The notes under the pieces: generated by a model | Told to the model about the DNA's origin: nothing | Seen by the model: only the letters and a program-made list of their open reading frames with translations | Databases searched by the model: none | Shown here: piece after piece, positions 55,551-64,000 of the stretch | Position numbering within the stretch: the stretch's first letter is position 1 | How the letters are laid out: each line of letters begins with the position of its first letter | Program-made: the position numbers and the translations under genes | Source of the DNA: a virus | Length of the DNA: 64,000 bases | IMG/VR virus record: IMGVR_UViG_3300030093_000028 | Span: 4,052-68,051 of that record | Strand: one strand, 5' to 3'

Positions 55551-55565
55551 TTTTAAGGAGATAAA

Positions 55566-55850
55566 ATGCCGCCAATTCTTACTCATGGTGGAGTCATAAA
55601 GGATTACATAGCTGGTGAAGACATTAAGAATAATGATATCTACATCGTAGACACAGAGACACAGAAGATTAGAAAGCCTAAGAATCCTTCTGAGTGGTTC
55701 TATTGTCAAGTGGTTTATGTATATGAGACTAATCCTTGGGCTATTGACGGTATCGAAGAGGGATACATGGTAAGCCAAGAGATGATTGATGGTGGCACTA
55801 TTAAAGAGGGAACACGATGCCGTTGTTGGCTTGGTTTCTTTAGAGTATAG
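55566..55850 (+). CDS. hypothetical protein (94 aa)
   Basis: SD AAGGAG. Confidence 0.4.
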   Translation: MPPILTHGGVIKDYIAGEDIKNNDIYIVDTETQKIRKPKNPSEWFYCQVVYVYETNPWAIDGIEEGYMVSQEMIDGGTIKEGTRCRCWLGFFRV

Positions 55851-55864
55851 GTGGTGTTAGTTTA

Positions 55865-56059
55865 ATGAACACAGAGCATTGTATCGTTCAAGATGGTGGC
55901 GAGGTATACATCGATTGCAAAAAACTTCCCACATGCCCATCAAACTCAAAGCGTTCATCGGTTAGTATTATCGGTGATAAGATTTATATGAATGGGTATG
56001 AGTATAAGAACGGCAAGTGGAAGAGAACTCTACCAGCCCTGTTCTACAACCTGTTTTAA
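55865..56059 (+). CDS. hypothetical protein (64 aa)
   Basis: Compact operon context. Confidence 0.35.
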   Translation: MNTEHCIVQDGGEVYIDCKKLPTCPSNSKRSSVSIIGDKIYMNGYEYKNGKWKRTLPALFYNLF

Positions 56060-56076
56060 AGAAAGAATGCGTTATA

Positions 56077-56256
56077 ATGAAGTCGAAAGAGCTTGCAGAA
56101 GAGTTATTGAAATATCCAAACCTCGATGTTGTTGTGCGTGTGCCTATATCCGCTTCAACATACGACCATCCATATGGTGAATATGATATGCAATACATAG
56201 ATTATATTGGCTGCACTAGCACTAAAGATAATAATGTGGTAATATTTCTTGAATAG
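56077..56256 (+). CDS. hypothetical protein (59 aa)
   Basis: The ATG at 56077 is preferred over the longer overlapping ORF-track version. Confidence 0.35.
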   Translation: MKSKELAEELLKYPNLDVVVRVPISASTYDHPYGEYDMQYIDYIGCTSTKDNNVVIFLE

Positions 56257-56268
56257 ATAAGGTTGATT

Positions 56269-56586
56269 ATGTCTATTTATATTGTTCGTTTTGGTGATTA
56301 CGATAGTGAGTTTAGCGTTGGCTATTTTACAAATGAAGAAGACGCAGAGAAGTGTATGGAATACCATATGAGAACACAGCCAAGCGACTATGAGTATATG
56401 TGTGATGCGTATAGCCTAGAAAAATACGAGCTTGATAATACTGATTATGACGCGCTCAATAAAGAACTTGATGAAGCTGAGAGGACAAAGCAAAGAAAAG
56501 AGGAAGAAGAATTCAGAAACAAGGAGCTTGCAGAGCTTGCTAGGCTAAAAGCAAAGTATGAAGGTCAACAAGATGATTTGCAATAA
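56269..56586 (+). CDS. hypothetical protein with coiled-coil C-terminus (105 aa)
   Basis: SD AAGGTTG. EEEFRNKELAELARLKAKYE. Confidence 0.4.
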   Translation: MSIYIVRFGDYDSEFSVGYFTNEEDAEKCMEYHMRTQPSDYEYMCDAYSLEKYELDNTDYDALNKELDEAERTKQRKEEEEFRNKELAELARLKAKYEGQQDDLQ

Positions 56587-56869
56587 ATATGAGTTCTTGA
56601 AGTCTCTTAAAAAAGAGGAGTTTGATAGTGGAACAATTAGAGTTTCAATCGAGTGCAGAGATGGTATAACAGAAAACGTATGGGCATATCAAGATGACAA
56701 TATGGATAAATCATTTGCCATTTTGTTGAACACGCCGCTTAGCTACTTCCCAGTTCTTTGTTACGGGTCAGAAGTTAAGATTAAATATCGTGATAATATG
56801 GCTATTCTCGATACTAATTGGGTGGTAGAAGAGGGTAATCGATACGTGCTTAAGCGTTCTGATATATAA
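56573..56869 (+). CDS. hypothetical protein (98 aa)
   Basis: Overlaps the previous gene end. Confidence 0.4.
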   Translation: MICNKYEFLKSLKKEEFDSGTIRVSIECRDGITENVWAYQDDNMDKSFAILLNTPLSYFPVLCYGSEVKIKYRDNMAILDTNWVVEEGNRYVLKRSDI

Positions 56870-56893
56870 AATTATTGTTTTAAGGTGGTTGAT

Positions 56894-57031
56894 ATGGTAG
56901 AGTTTGATGTTGATATGGAGTATCTTGCAATCAACGATGAGCTTGATTGCGTTGTGCTACATGATGAGAATGGCGTAATGGACGATATAGTTTTTGTTCC
57001 GCGCCGTACTGTTGATGATGATGAAGAGTAA
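56894..57031 (+). CDS. small acidic hypothetical protein (45 aa)
   Basis: SD AAGGTGG then ATG 56894. Translated by hand as MVEFDVDMEYLAINDELDCVVLHDENGVMDDIVFVPRRTVDDDEE. Confidence 0.35.
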   Translation: MVEFDVDMEYLAINDELDCVVLHDENGVMDDIVFVPRRTVDDDEE

Positions 57032-57035
57032 TAGT

Positions 57036-57290
57036 ATGGATATGTTTAATAAGATTCGTGATTGGCTTGGCGCTATCGTATATGCAATTAGTATTATCAT
57101 TGGCTTCTATGTAAGCATTTGGGTAATGCTAGTTGAGCCTATTATTTACGCCTGCCAGTGTTTTGATGCTGGCACTTTGACTGCAACAATTGTCGGCATA
57201 ACGATTATTAAGATTTTGCTGTCTGGTTTTGCTGGCATACTGATAATGTTTATCGGGTTTGCAATTGCATTTTTTATCTCAAACCGATAA
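57036..57290 (+). CDS. small membrane protein with 2-3 TM segments (holin-like topology)
   Basis: Hydrophobic stretches AIVYAISIIIGFYVSIWVMLV and ILLSGFAGILIMFIGFAIAFFI. Followed by terminator GGGGAGA-N7-TTCCCC-T8 (57331-57360). Confidence 0.4.
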   Translation: MDMFNKIRDWLGAIVYAISIIIGFYVSIWVMLVEPIIYACQCFDAGTLTATIVGITIIKILLSGFAGILIMFIGFAIAFFISNR

Positions 57291-57377
57291 AAAAATACAG
57301 GCGCATTAAAGTGAATATATGTTATACTTAGGGGAGACGTTTGTTTCCCCTATTTTTTTTATTGAGAGGGTGCATAT

Positions 57378-60300
57378 ATGCAGGGTAACTATTGTGTGTA
57401 TCATTTACATAGTGATCTTAGTAATGGTGTTACTAATGTGGATTCAGTTACAAAATATACAGAGTATGTGGATTATGCAGCTTCTCTTGGTATGAAGGCT
57501 ATGGCGTTTAGTGAGCATGGTTGCATCTTTGAATGGGTTCATAAAAAGCAAGCGATTGAATCTGCTGGTATGAAATACATTCATGCTGTAGAAGCATACC
57601 TAACAGAAGACAGCGATACAGAAGATAAGCATAGGGATAACTATCACTGTGTCTTGATTGCTAAAAACTATGATGGCGTTAAAGAGCTTAATAAGATGGT
57701 GTCTAAGTCATTTCATCGAGACGATTATCACTTCTACTATATGCCGCGCATTACTTTTGAAGAGCTGTTCGCAACATCGGACAATATCATTATTACAACT
57801 GCTTGTCTTGGCGGTGTATTAAACAAGGGTGGCAATAATACAAAGAAGAGATTTATGAAATTCCTTATTACTAATAAGGATAGATGCTATCTTGAGATTC
57901 AACATCATAATTGTGTAGATCAAATTACATATAATAAGATGTTATATGTTATTAGCACGAAAACTGGCATTCCTCTGATTGCTGGCACAGATACACACTG
58001 CCTTAATGACGAGCATGTTGAGGGGCGAAAGATTCTTCAAAAAGCCAAGAACGTGTTCTTTTCTGATGAAGATGATTGGGATTTAACTTTCAAGACCTAT
58101 GACGAGCTTGTTGCTGCATATAAGACTCAGAACTCGCTACCAGAGAATGTATATATGCAGGCAATTGATAACACAAATGTTATGGCTGATTCTATTGAAG
58201 AGTTCGAGCTTGATTATTCAAAGAAGTATCCCAAGCTGTATGCTGACTCTGAAGGCACATTAAAAAAGAAGATTGTTGATGGCATTAAGAAGAGGGGGGT
58301 TAATAAATATCCAAACTTTGATGAGTACAAGAAGAAGATTCAATATGAGCTAGATACATATAAGCATAATGGAGCTGTTGACTTTCTGCTACTTGACGAG
58401 GACTATAAGGCTGCTCTTAAAAAACAGGGTGTGTCGTATGGATATTCTCGTGGGTCGGTAAGTGGCAGTGTAATTGCGTATCTTCTTGGTATTACAGAGG
58501 TAGATTCAATTAAATACAACCTTAACTTTGAACGTTTTATGAATAAAGAGCGTGTGTCACTTGCTGATATTGATACAGACTGGTCTAAGAAAGACAGATA
58601 TAAAGTAAGAGACTATATGTTCAATAAGGATGGTTTGTATTGCTGCGATATTGTTACATTCAACACTATTGCCATGAAGGGTGCTATTAAAGATGTTGGC
58701 AGGGCGCTTGGTATGAGCGTTGAGGATACTCAGACTATTAGCGATGCTGTTTACCAAGATGATAAAAAGAAAGATTGCATTGATACCTACTATACAGATA
58801 AATATCCAGAGCTATTTAAATATGTTGATATTGTAAAAGGTACAATCGTATCAATTGGCAATCATCCATCTGGTCTGGTTGTTTCTCCTTATCCTGTTGA
58901 CGAGTGGTTTGGTCTTTGTAGCACTAAGTCAAATGACAATATGATTTCTCAAATCAACATGAAAGAGCTTGATGGCTTACAGTTTGTTAAACTCGATGTC
59001 CTTGGTCTTGATTGCGTTGGTCTTATCAATGAAACCTGTGATTTAGCTGGCATTCCTAGAATTACTCCTGATAATATCTCATTTGATGATGTGAAAGTAT
59101 GGAATGAGATTAGGGATGATTGCACTATGATTTTTCAGTTTGAATCTTCATATGCAGGTGACTATATCAAGCAGCTGTTTAGCGATGAGACGATTGCGAA
59201 GATTAGAGAAAAGAACCCAGACTTTTCATATATCGAACTGATGTCAATGGCAAACGGCGCAATTCGACCCGCTGGTGCAAGTTATCGAGAGGAGCTTTCT
59301 GTTGGCGAATATCGTGATAATGGACATGAAGCGCTGAATAAGTTCTTGGCTCCAACACTAGGATACTTGGTATATCAGGAACAGATTATCGAGTTCTTGC
59401 ACTCTTTCTGTGGTTATACAATGGGAGAAGCTGACATTGTTCGCCGTGGCTTTGCTAAGAAGACTGGTACTGATAAGTTTATTCCTAAGATTAAGGAAGG
59501 ATTTATCAAGACAATGAAAGAAAAGTATGGAGTAGAAAAAGAGGAAGCAGATAAGCTTATTGAGAACTTCATCAAGGTAATTATTGATGCTAGTTCATAT
59601 CTGTTTTCACATAACCACGCTGTACCATATAGTTTCCTTGGCTATGTTGTTGGTTATCTACGTTGTTATTACAAGCTTGAGACAGTTACAACAGCTTTAA
59701 ACATTTATGCAGAAGACGATGCCAAGTGCTTGGAGATTATTGCATATGCAAAGAGAAACGGCATTGAGTTAAAGCCAATTAAGTTTGGCAAGTCAACTGC
59801 TGATTATACAATGGATAAGAAGGAGAACTGTGTATACAAAGGTATTGCCAGTGTGAAGCATTGTAATCGTCAAATTGCAGATGAACTACTTGAACTATCT
59901 AAGAACAAGTATGATTCGTTTACTGAGCTGCTTAAGGACATTAAAGATAAGACCTCTATTAACTCTAGGCAGCTAACCATTCTTATCAGTCTTAATTTCT
60001 TTTCGGACTTTGGTAAGAATAAGTATCTGTTAGACGTTGTTGATATCTATGATAAGTTTGCTAACTCAAAAATTATTGCCAAAAAGAAGATGGAGGAGCT
60101 TGGTGTATCTGATTATCTGATGCAGAAGTATGCTGGTAAGGAGACGAAATCACAGTGGAGACAGCTCGATAACCAAGGCTTAATTAATGAACTTTGCAAT
60201 CGACTTGAGGATAAATCTCTTGATATTGTTTCACAAGTAAGGGCAGAGATGGATTATCTTGGCTATGTGAATTATGTTAATCCTAATATGGCAGACGATT

Positions 60301-60560
60301 ATTATATTGTTACTGGCTTTGTGACATACAAGAATCCCTGTACTCCTAATCTTGTTTTGCGTAGAATTTGTGATGGTGAAGAGTTAGGGTGTAGAATTAA
60401 GCAGTCAAAGGTGTTCAAAGAAAGTCCATTTGGCATGTATTCTATCTTGAAGATTGAGGGATTTGCATACGACTTCAAGAGCAAGAAGATTAATGGCGAA
60501 TGGCAAAAGTCAGATGAGCGCGAGATTGTACTCGAAAGCTATGAATGTATGAAAGGGTAG
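57378..60560 (+). CDS. dnaE: DNA polymerase III alpha-type (DnaE/PolC-family) replicative polymerase with N-terminal PHP domain
   Basis: PHP motifs HLHSDLSNG and AFSEHG. 1060 aa. SD AGAGGGTG. Confidence 0.75.
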   Translation: MQGNYCVYHLHSDLSNGVTNVDSVTKYTEYVDYAASLGMKAMAFSEHGCIFEWVHKKQAIESAGMKYIHAVEAYLTEDSDTEDKHRDNYHCVLIAKNYDGVKELNKMVSKSFHRDDYHFYYMPRITFEELFATSDNIIITTACLGGVLNKGGNNTKKRFMKFLITNKDRCYLEIQHHNCVDQITYNKMLYVISTKTGIPLIAGTDTHCLNDEHVEGRKILQKAKNVFFSDEDDWDLTFKTYDELVAAYKTQNSLPENVYMQAIDNTNVMADSIEEFELDYSKKYPKLYADSEGTLKKKIVDGIKKRGVNKYPNFDEYKKKIQYELDTYKHNGAVDFLLLDEDYKAALKKQGVSYGYSRGSVSGSVIAYLLGITEVDSIKYNLNFERFMNKERVSLADIDTDWSKKDRYKVRDYMFNKDGLYCCDIVTFNTIAMKGAIKDVGRALGMSVEDTQTISDAVYQDDKKKDCIDTYYTDKYPELFKYVDIVKGTIVSIGNHPSGLVVSPYPVDEWFGLCSTKSNDNMISQINMKELDGLQFVKLDVLGLDCVGLINETCDLAGIPRITPDNISFDDVKVWNEIRDDCTMIFQFESSYAGDYIKQLFSDETIAKIREKNPDFSYIELMSMANGAIRPAGASYREELSVGEYRDNGHEALNKFLAPTLGYLVYQEQIIEFLHSFCGYTMGEADIVRRGFAKKTGTDKFIPKIKEGFIKTMKEKYGVEKEEADKLIENFIKVIIDASSYLFSHNHAVPYSFLGYVVGYLRCYYKLETVTTALNIYAEDDAKCLEIIAYAKRNGIELKPIKFGKSTADYTMDKKENCVYKGIASVKHCNRQIADELLELSKNKYDSFTELLKDIKDKTSINSRQLTILISLNFFSDFGKNKYLLDVVDIYDKFANSKIIAKKKMEELGVSDYLMQKYAGKETKSQWRQLDNQGLINELCNRLEDKSLDIVSQVRAEMDYLGYVNYVNPNMADDYYIVTGFVTYKNPCTPNLVLRRICDGEELGCRIKQSKVFKESPFGMYSILKIEGFAYDFKSKKINGEWQKSDEREIVLESYECMKG

Positions 60561-60565
60561 ACACA

Positions 60566-62812
60566 ATGGATAGCAATCAGGTAGAGTTTAAAGGCACTGT
60601 TGTTAAATGTGTCTACTCTTCTCCTAATTTCAAAACTTATGCTCTTGATGTAGACGATGTTTCATATCCTAATATCCAACACAATAAGTTTGACAACGTT
60701 TCTCTTATCGGTGATTTGTCAGACCTTGTTATCGGTATTGAATATGATGTTGTCGCCACAGAAGAGCAGACAAAATATGGCATAAGCTATCGTGGTGTAA
60801 ATGTACGTAGGGATATGCCTACAAAAACGTCAGATGTTAAGGCATTTTTACAAGAGATTCTTACTATGAATCAGGCAGAAGTTCTTTATGAGAACTATCC
60901 TGATATCATCGATATCGTCATGGAGGGTAAGGATGATATCGTAGATGTCGATAAGCTCTATGGCATTGGCGAAAAGACATTTGAAAGAATCAAAGAAAAG
61001 ATTATCGAGAACTTTAAGCTCGTTGACATTGTGTCTGAGTTTAAAGGCGCTATTTCACTTAGTATGATTAAGCGTATCTATGATAAATACAATGACGTTG
61101 ATGTATTAATGGAGCGTCTTAAGGATGCGCCATATGCTACGCTTACTCGCGTCAGCGGTGTGGGCTATAAGATTGCCGATTCCATCATCCTTAATCTGCA
61201 AAAAGAGGGTGTTATTGATTTTGGGTATGATGTAAAAACTAGTAAAGATAGGTGTCTTGCCTGCATTATCTATTTGCTTAAAGAGAACGAGAATGAAGGC
61301 AACACGAAGATGAATCTTGCGGACTTGCGCCAGCAATGCTATGACATGGTTCCATCTTGTGCAGACCATTTCGTCAACGCCATTCAGGATGATGCTATTT
61401 ACTATGATAAGTACACTATGTCTATCGCTCTCTCAAGTACGTTTAAGAAAGAAAAACATATTGCATATATGATTATGAACAATATATTTAACCCAAATAA
61501 CGTTTGGGATTTTGACGTAGAGAAGTACAGCAAGGATGGTGAGTTCGAGCTATCTGATGAGCAGATGATGGCTGTTGAATACTTATGCAAATACAACATC
61601 AGTATTCTCAATGGCGCAGGAGGTACTGGTAAGAGCTTTTCAACGCAAGCTGTTATCAAGATGCTTGAAGACAATGGAAAGAAGTATGAGCTATTTTCAC
61701 CAACTGGTAAGGCAGCTAAGGTCTTATCTGGATTCACAGGAAGAAAAGCCTCTACTATTCATAGGGGTCTTGGCTACAATCCACGAGTCGGTTGGACTTA
61801 TAATCAAGATTGCAAGCTTTGTTGCGATGTTGTCATAGTCGATGAATGTTCGATGGTTGATGTTAGTTTGTTTGCGCATCTTGTTGACGCTGTCGACTTT
61901 AATAGCACAAAGCTGATGCTGATTGGAGATAATGCGCAGCTACCCTCTGTTGGATGTGGTAATTTATTTCATGATTTTATGCAGAGCGATGCTATCCCGA
62001 CAACGACATTGACTACAGTATTTCGCTATGGCGAAGGTGGCGTATCCACTGTTGCGACAGATACGCGATTCTGCAAGACATATCTTGATGCAAGTATGAA
62101 AAACAAGGCTACTTGGTTCGGGACAAAGAAAGACTATGTGTTCATCGACCTTGCAAAAGAAGATGTTCCTAAAAATGCAGTTGCGCTATACAAAAAGCTA
62201 TTGAAAAATGGCGAACACATGGAGGACATTCAGGTTCTTACTGCTAAGAATATAGGAGAGTACGGCACGGTAAAGCTTAACAACAGGATTCAAAGAGCCA
62301 TTAATAAAAATTATGGCGCTCAAAGGCATATGAAAGTTGGAGATGTACAATACTATGATGATGACATAGTTGTCCAAAAGCAAAACAACTATAGTGCCTT
62401 AATATGTGATGAACATGGAACCATAAATGAAAAAGAGGGAACGGCGTTCGTTGCAAATGGCGAAACCGCGCGTATTGTATACGTATGCGCTACATATGCT
62501 GTGCTTGATTTTGATGGTATCATTGTTAAGTATTCTAAGTATGATATGACTATGGTGGGACTTGCATATGCCATGACAATTCACAAGTCACAGGGCAGTA
62601 GCATCAAAAATGTCATCCTTTGCACGACAAAGAGTGATATCTTTATGCTCAATAGCAACTTACTCTATGTTGGTGTAAGCCGTACAAAAAATCGCTGTTA
62701 TCATCTAGGCTCTATTGATGCCGTCAATATGGCGGTTAAAAAGAAAGCAAATCTATCAAGGCAGACTTTCATGCAGGAATTGATGAAGTCAATGGAGTAT
62801 ATGCAAGGATAG
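60566..62812 (+). CDS. RecD-like SF1 DNA helicase
   Basis: Walker A NGAGGTGKSF. Walker B VVIVDECSMVDV. Motif VI-like TIHKSQGSS. 748 aa. Confidence 0.75.
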   Translation: MDSNQVEFKGTVVKCVYSSPNFKTYALDVDDVSYPNIQHNKFDNVSLIGDLSDLVIGIEYDVVATEEQTKYGISYRGVNVRRDMPTKTSDVKAFLQEILTMNQAEVLYENYPDIIDIVMEGKDDIVDVDKLYGIGEKTFERIKEKIIENFKLVDIVSEFKGAISLSMIKRIYDKYNDVDVLMERLKDAPYATLTRVSGVGYKIADSIILNLQKEGVIDFGYDVKTSKDRCLACIIYLLKENENEGNTKMNLADLRQQCYDMVPSCADHFVNAIQDDAIYYDKYTMSIALSSTFKKEKHIAYMIMNNIFNPNNVWDFDVEKYSKDGEFELSDEQMMAVEYLCKYNISILNGAGGTGKSFSTQAVIKMLEDNGKKYELFSPTGKAAKVLSGFTGRKASTIHRGLGYNPRVGWTYNQDCKLCCDVVIVDECSMVDVSLFAHLVDAVDFNSTKLMLIGDNAQLPSVGCGNLFHDFMQSDAIPTTTLTTVFRYGEGGVSTVATDTRFCKTYLDASMKNKATWFGTKKDYVFIDLAKEDVPKNAVALYKKLLKNGEHMEDIQVLTAKNIGEYGTVKLNNRIQRAINKNYGAQRHMKVGDVQYYDDDIVVQKQNNYSALICDEHGTINEKEGTAFVANGETARIVYVCATYAVLDFDGIIVKYSKYDMTMVGLAYAMTIHKSQGSSIKNVILCTTKSDIFMLNSNLLYVGVSRTKNRCYHLGSIDAVNMAVKKKANLSRQTFMQELMKSMEYMQG

Positions 62813-62874
62813 ATTGACATAAAATCTGCATAATATTAATAGGAGTTTGTGGTATTATATATACTGCAAACTCC

Positions 62875-62887
62875 TAATGTTATATGC
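62875..62887 (+). promoter_or_regulatory. TAATGTTATATGC promoter element upstream of gene 62903
   Basis: Exact 13-mer copy. Confidence 0.5.
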
Positions 62888-62902
62888 AAAGAGGTGATTG
62901 GA

Positions 62903-63553
62903 TTGAAGAATAAAGATATCCTAGTGTCTATTGGTATGTTGGGTATATTTGTAATTCTTTTGTTTAGCATTTTGTATTTCGTGTTTCAGCCAGTTCATAG
63001 TAATAATGATGGCAAAGATGTTGATGATATAGATGTTGCCATTGTTAAAGACAAAGAGAAGACAGAAGAGCCTGTTGATGAGGATGTTGACCTAACTGCA
63101 AAGTATGTAAGCTATGAGACTTATGATGCTCCTGAGAACAGCGGCTTTAAATCTTTCATGGATTATAGGACGATAACTAATACCGATTCTAAACAGCACA
63201 GGCTACAACAGCATTATGCCGAGACTGGCGAATACGGTATTAGGATGGCTGATAGCAGATATATCGTAGCTATCGGTACATATTTTACATCTGATGTTGG
63301 TCAGTATTTTGATATCATACTTGAAAATGGTACTGTTATCCCGTGTATTTTGGGCGATCAAAAGGCTGATGTAGACACTGATTCAGACAATATTATCACA
63401 AAACACAATGGATGTATGAGTGAATTTATCGTTGATTCAGATGCTCTAAATGAGGATATTAAGTTCCACGGTGACATGTCATACTGTTCAAAAGATTGGG
63501 ATGGCCCAATTAAAACTATCAAGGTATACAACAGAAATATTTTTGAATATTAA
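62903..63553 (+). CDS. membrane-anchored hypothetical protein (216 aa), TTG start
   Basis: RBS AGAGGTG then TTG 62903. N-terminal TM segment ILVSIGMLGIFVILLFSILYFVF. Confidence 0.45.
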   Translation: MKNKDILVSIGMLGIFVILLFSILYFVFQPVHSNNDGKDVDDIDVAIVKDKEKTEEPVDEDVDLTAKYVSYETYDAPENSGFKSFMDYRTITNTDSKQHRLQQHYAETGEYGIRMADSRYIVAIGTYFTSDVGQYFDIILENGTVIPCILGDQKADVDTDSDNIITKHNGCMSEFIVDSDALNEDIKFHGDMSYCSKDWDGPIKTIKVYNRNIFEY

Positions 63554-63645
63554 TTTATATTCTTATGTATATTAGTGGTTAAATGCTGTATAATATTTAA
63601 TTGTATCAAATAAAGTTATATGCTTTAATTAGGAGGTAATGCGTA

Positions 63646-64000
63646 TGATGTTTGTTATTAAGCGAAATAGACGAGAAGACGCTTTTGACAAGAACAAGAT
63701 TTCAAACGCTATTAAGAAAGCATTTATTGAAGTCGATGGCGATGTTACCGAAGACGCAAATAAGATTGCAAGTAAGATTTCAAATGAAATCGCAAATATC
63801 AAGAAAGAGAAAATGTCCGTTGAGGATATTCAAGACATGGTTGTGAATAAGCTTATGGCAACCTCTCGCAAGGATGTGGCTTCTCACTACGTTGAGTACC
63901 GTTATAAGCGCAAGATTATTCGTGAGGTCAATACAACAGATGAAACAATTATGGAGCTGCTAAGTGGAGAAAGCGACTATTGGAATAACGAGAATTCAAA
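63646..64000 (+). CDS. nrdD: anaerobic ribonucleoside-triphosphate reductase, N-terminal ATP-cone (3' partial, runs off window end)
   Basis: SD AGGAGG then ATG 63646. Translated by hand as MRMMFVIKRNRREDAFDKNKISNAIKKAF..., which matches the ATP-cone consensus VIKRDG..E.FD..KI..AI.KA. No stop before the window end. The ORF-track 63652-63846 entry is another frame. Confidence 0.6.

Noticed and set aside
1-64000. Bacteroidetes/crAss-like host assignment
   Set aside because: Strong canonical Shine-Dalgarno sequences before most genes and TGnTATAAT-type promoters are atypical for Bacteroidetes, which use TAnnTTTG promoters and weak SD. A Firmicutes-type host is more consistent.

Overview
This window is a 64-kb stretch of a large tailed dsDNA phage or prophage. 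Frequent strong Shine-Dalgarno sites (AAGGAG/GAAAGG) and extended -10 promoters (TGnTAYTAT, TAATGTTATATGC) point to a low-GC Gram-positive (Firmicutes-type) host. From left to right the layout is as follows. (1) 1-6.7 kb, minus strand: DNA packaging and head morphogenesis genes (terminase large subunit, putative portal, partial head protein). (2) 6.9-11.5 kb, minus strand: an HU-like protein, a 966-aa protein with a DxDGD two-barrel-polymerase-like motif (possible YonO-like single-subunit RNA polymerase) and a wHTH protein. (3) 11.4-20.3 kb: an AT-rich repeat/iteron block followed by a higher-GC island of very small self-contained transcription units. Each unit has a promoter, one small ORF and an intrinsic terminator. 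The block also holds two paralogous ~100-nt non-coding elements and an orphan HicA-like gene. Two clusters of three TTGTCCAC-N7-GTGGACAA palindromes bracket the whole block. (4) 20.4-28.7 kb: further early genes, including a short sliding-clamp-like protein, two DinJ/RelB-like paralogs and a tyrosine recombinase. (5) 28.7-31.3 kb: a ~1.6-kb ORF-free, GC-richer, highly self-complementary region (candidate large structured ncRNA) directly followed by an array of at least 8 tRNA genes and tRNA-like fragments. (6) 31.5-41.6 kb: an SPFH protein, a CDA-fold deaminase, a sigma region-4-like protein, an IscS-like cysteine desulfurase and an RNA ligase. This block also contains a P-loop kinase/HD phosphohydrolase gene interrupted in-frame by an AT-rich HNH homing-endonuclease segment, two radical-SAM enzymes and a nucleoside 2-deoxyribosyltransferase-like protein. 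(7) 41.7-64 kb: a complete replication/recombination module. It contains an SSB-like protein, a Sak4-like ATPase, a DnaB-like helicase, a free-standing HNH endonuclease, a Toprim primase, a PD-(D/E)xK nuclease, a DnaE-type polymerase (PHP domain), a RecD-like helicase and the start of nrdD. No CRISPR array or cas genes were found. All functional calls rest on motifs read by eye; no database search was possible.
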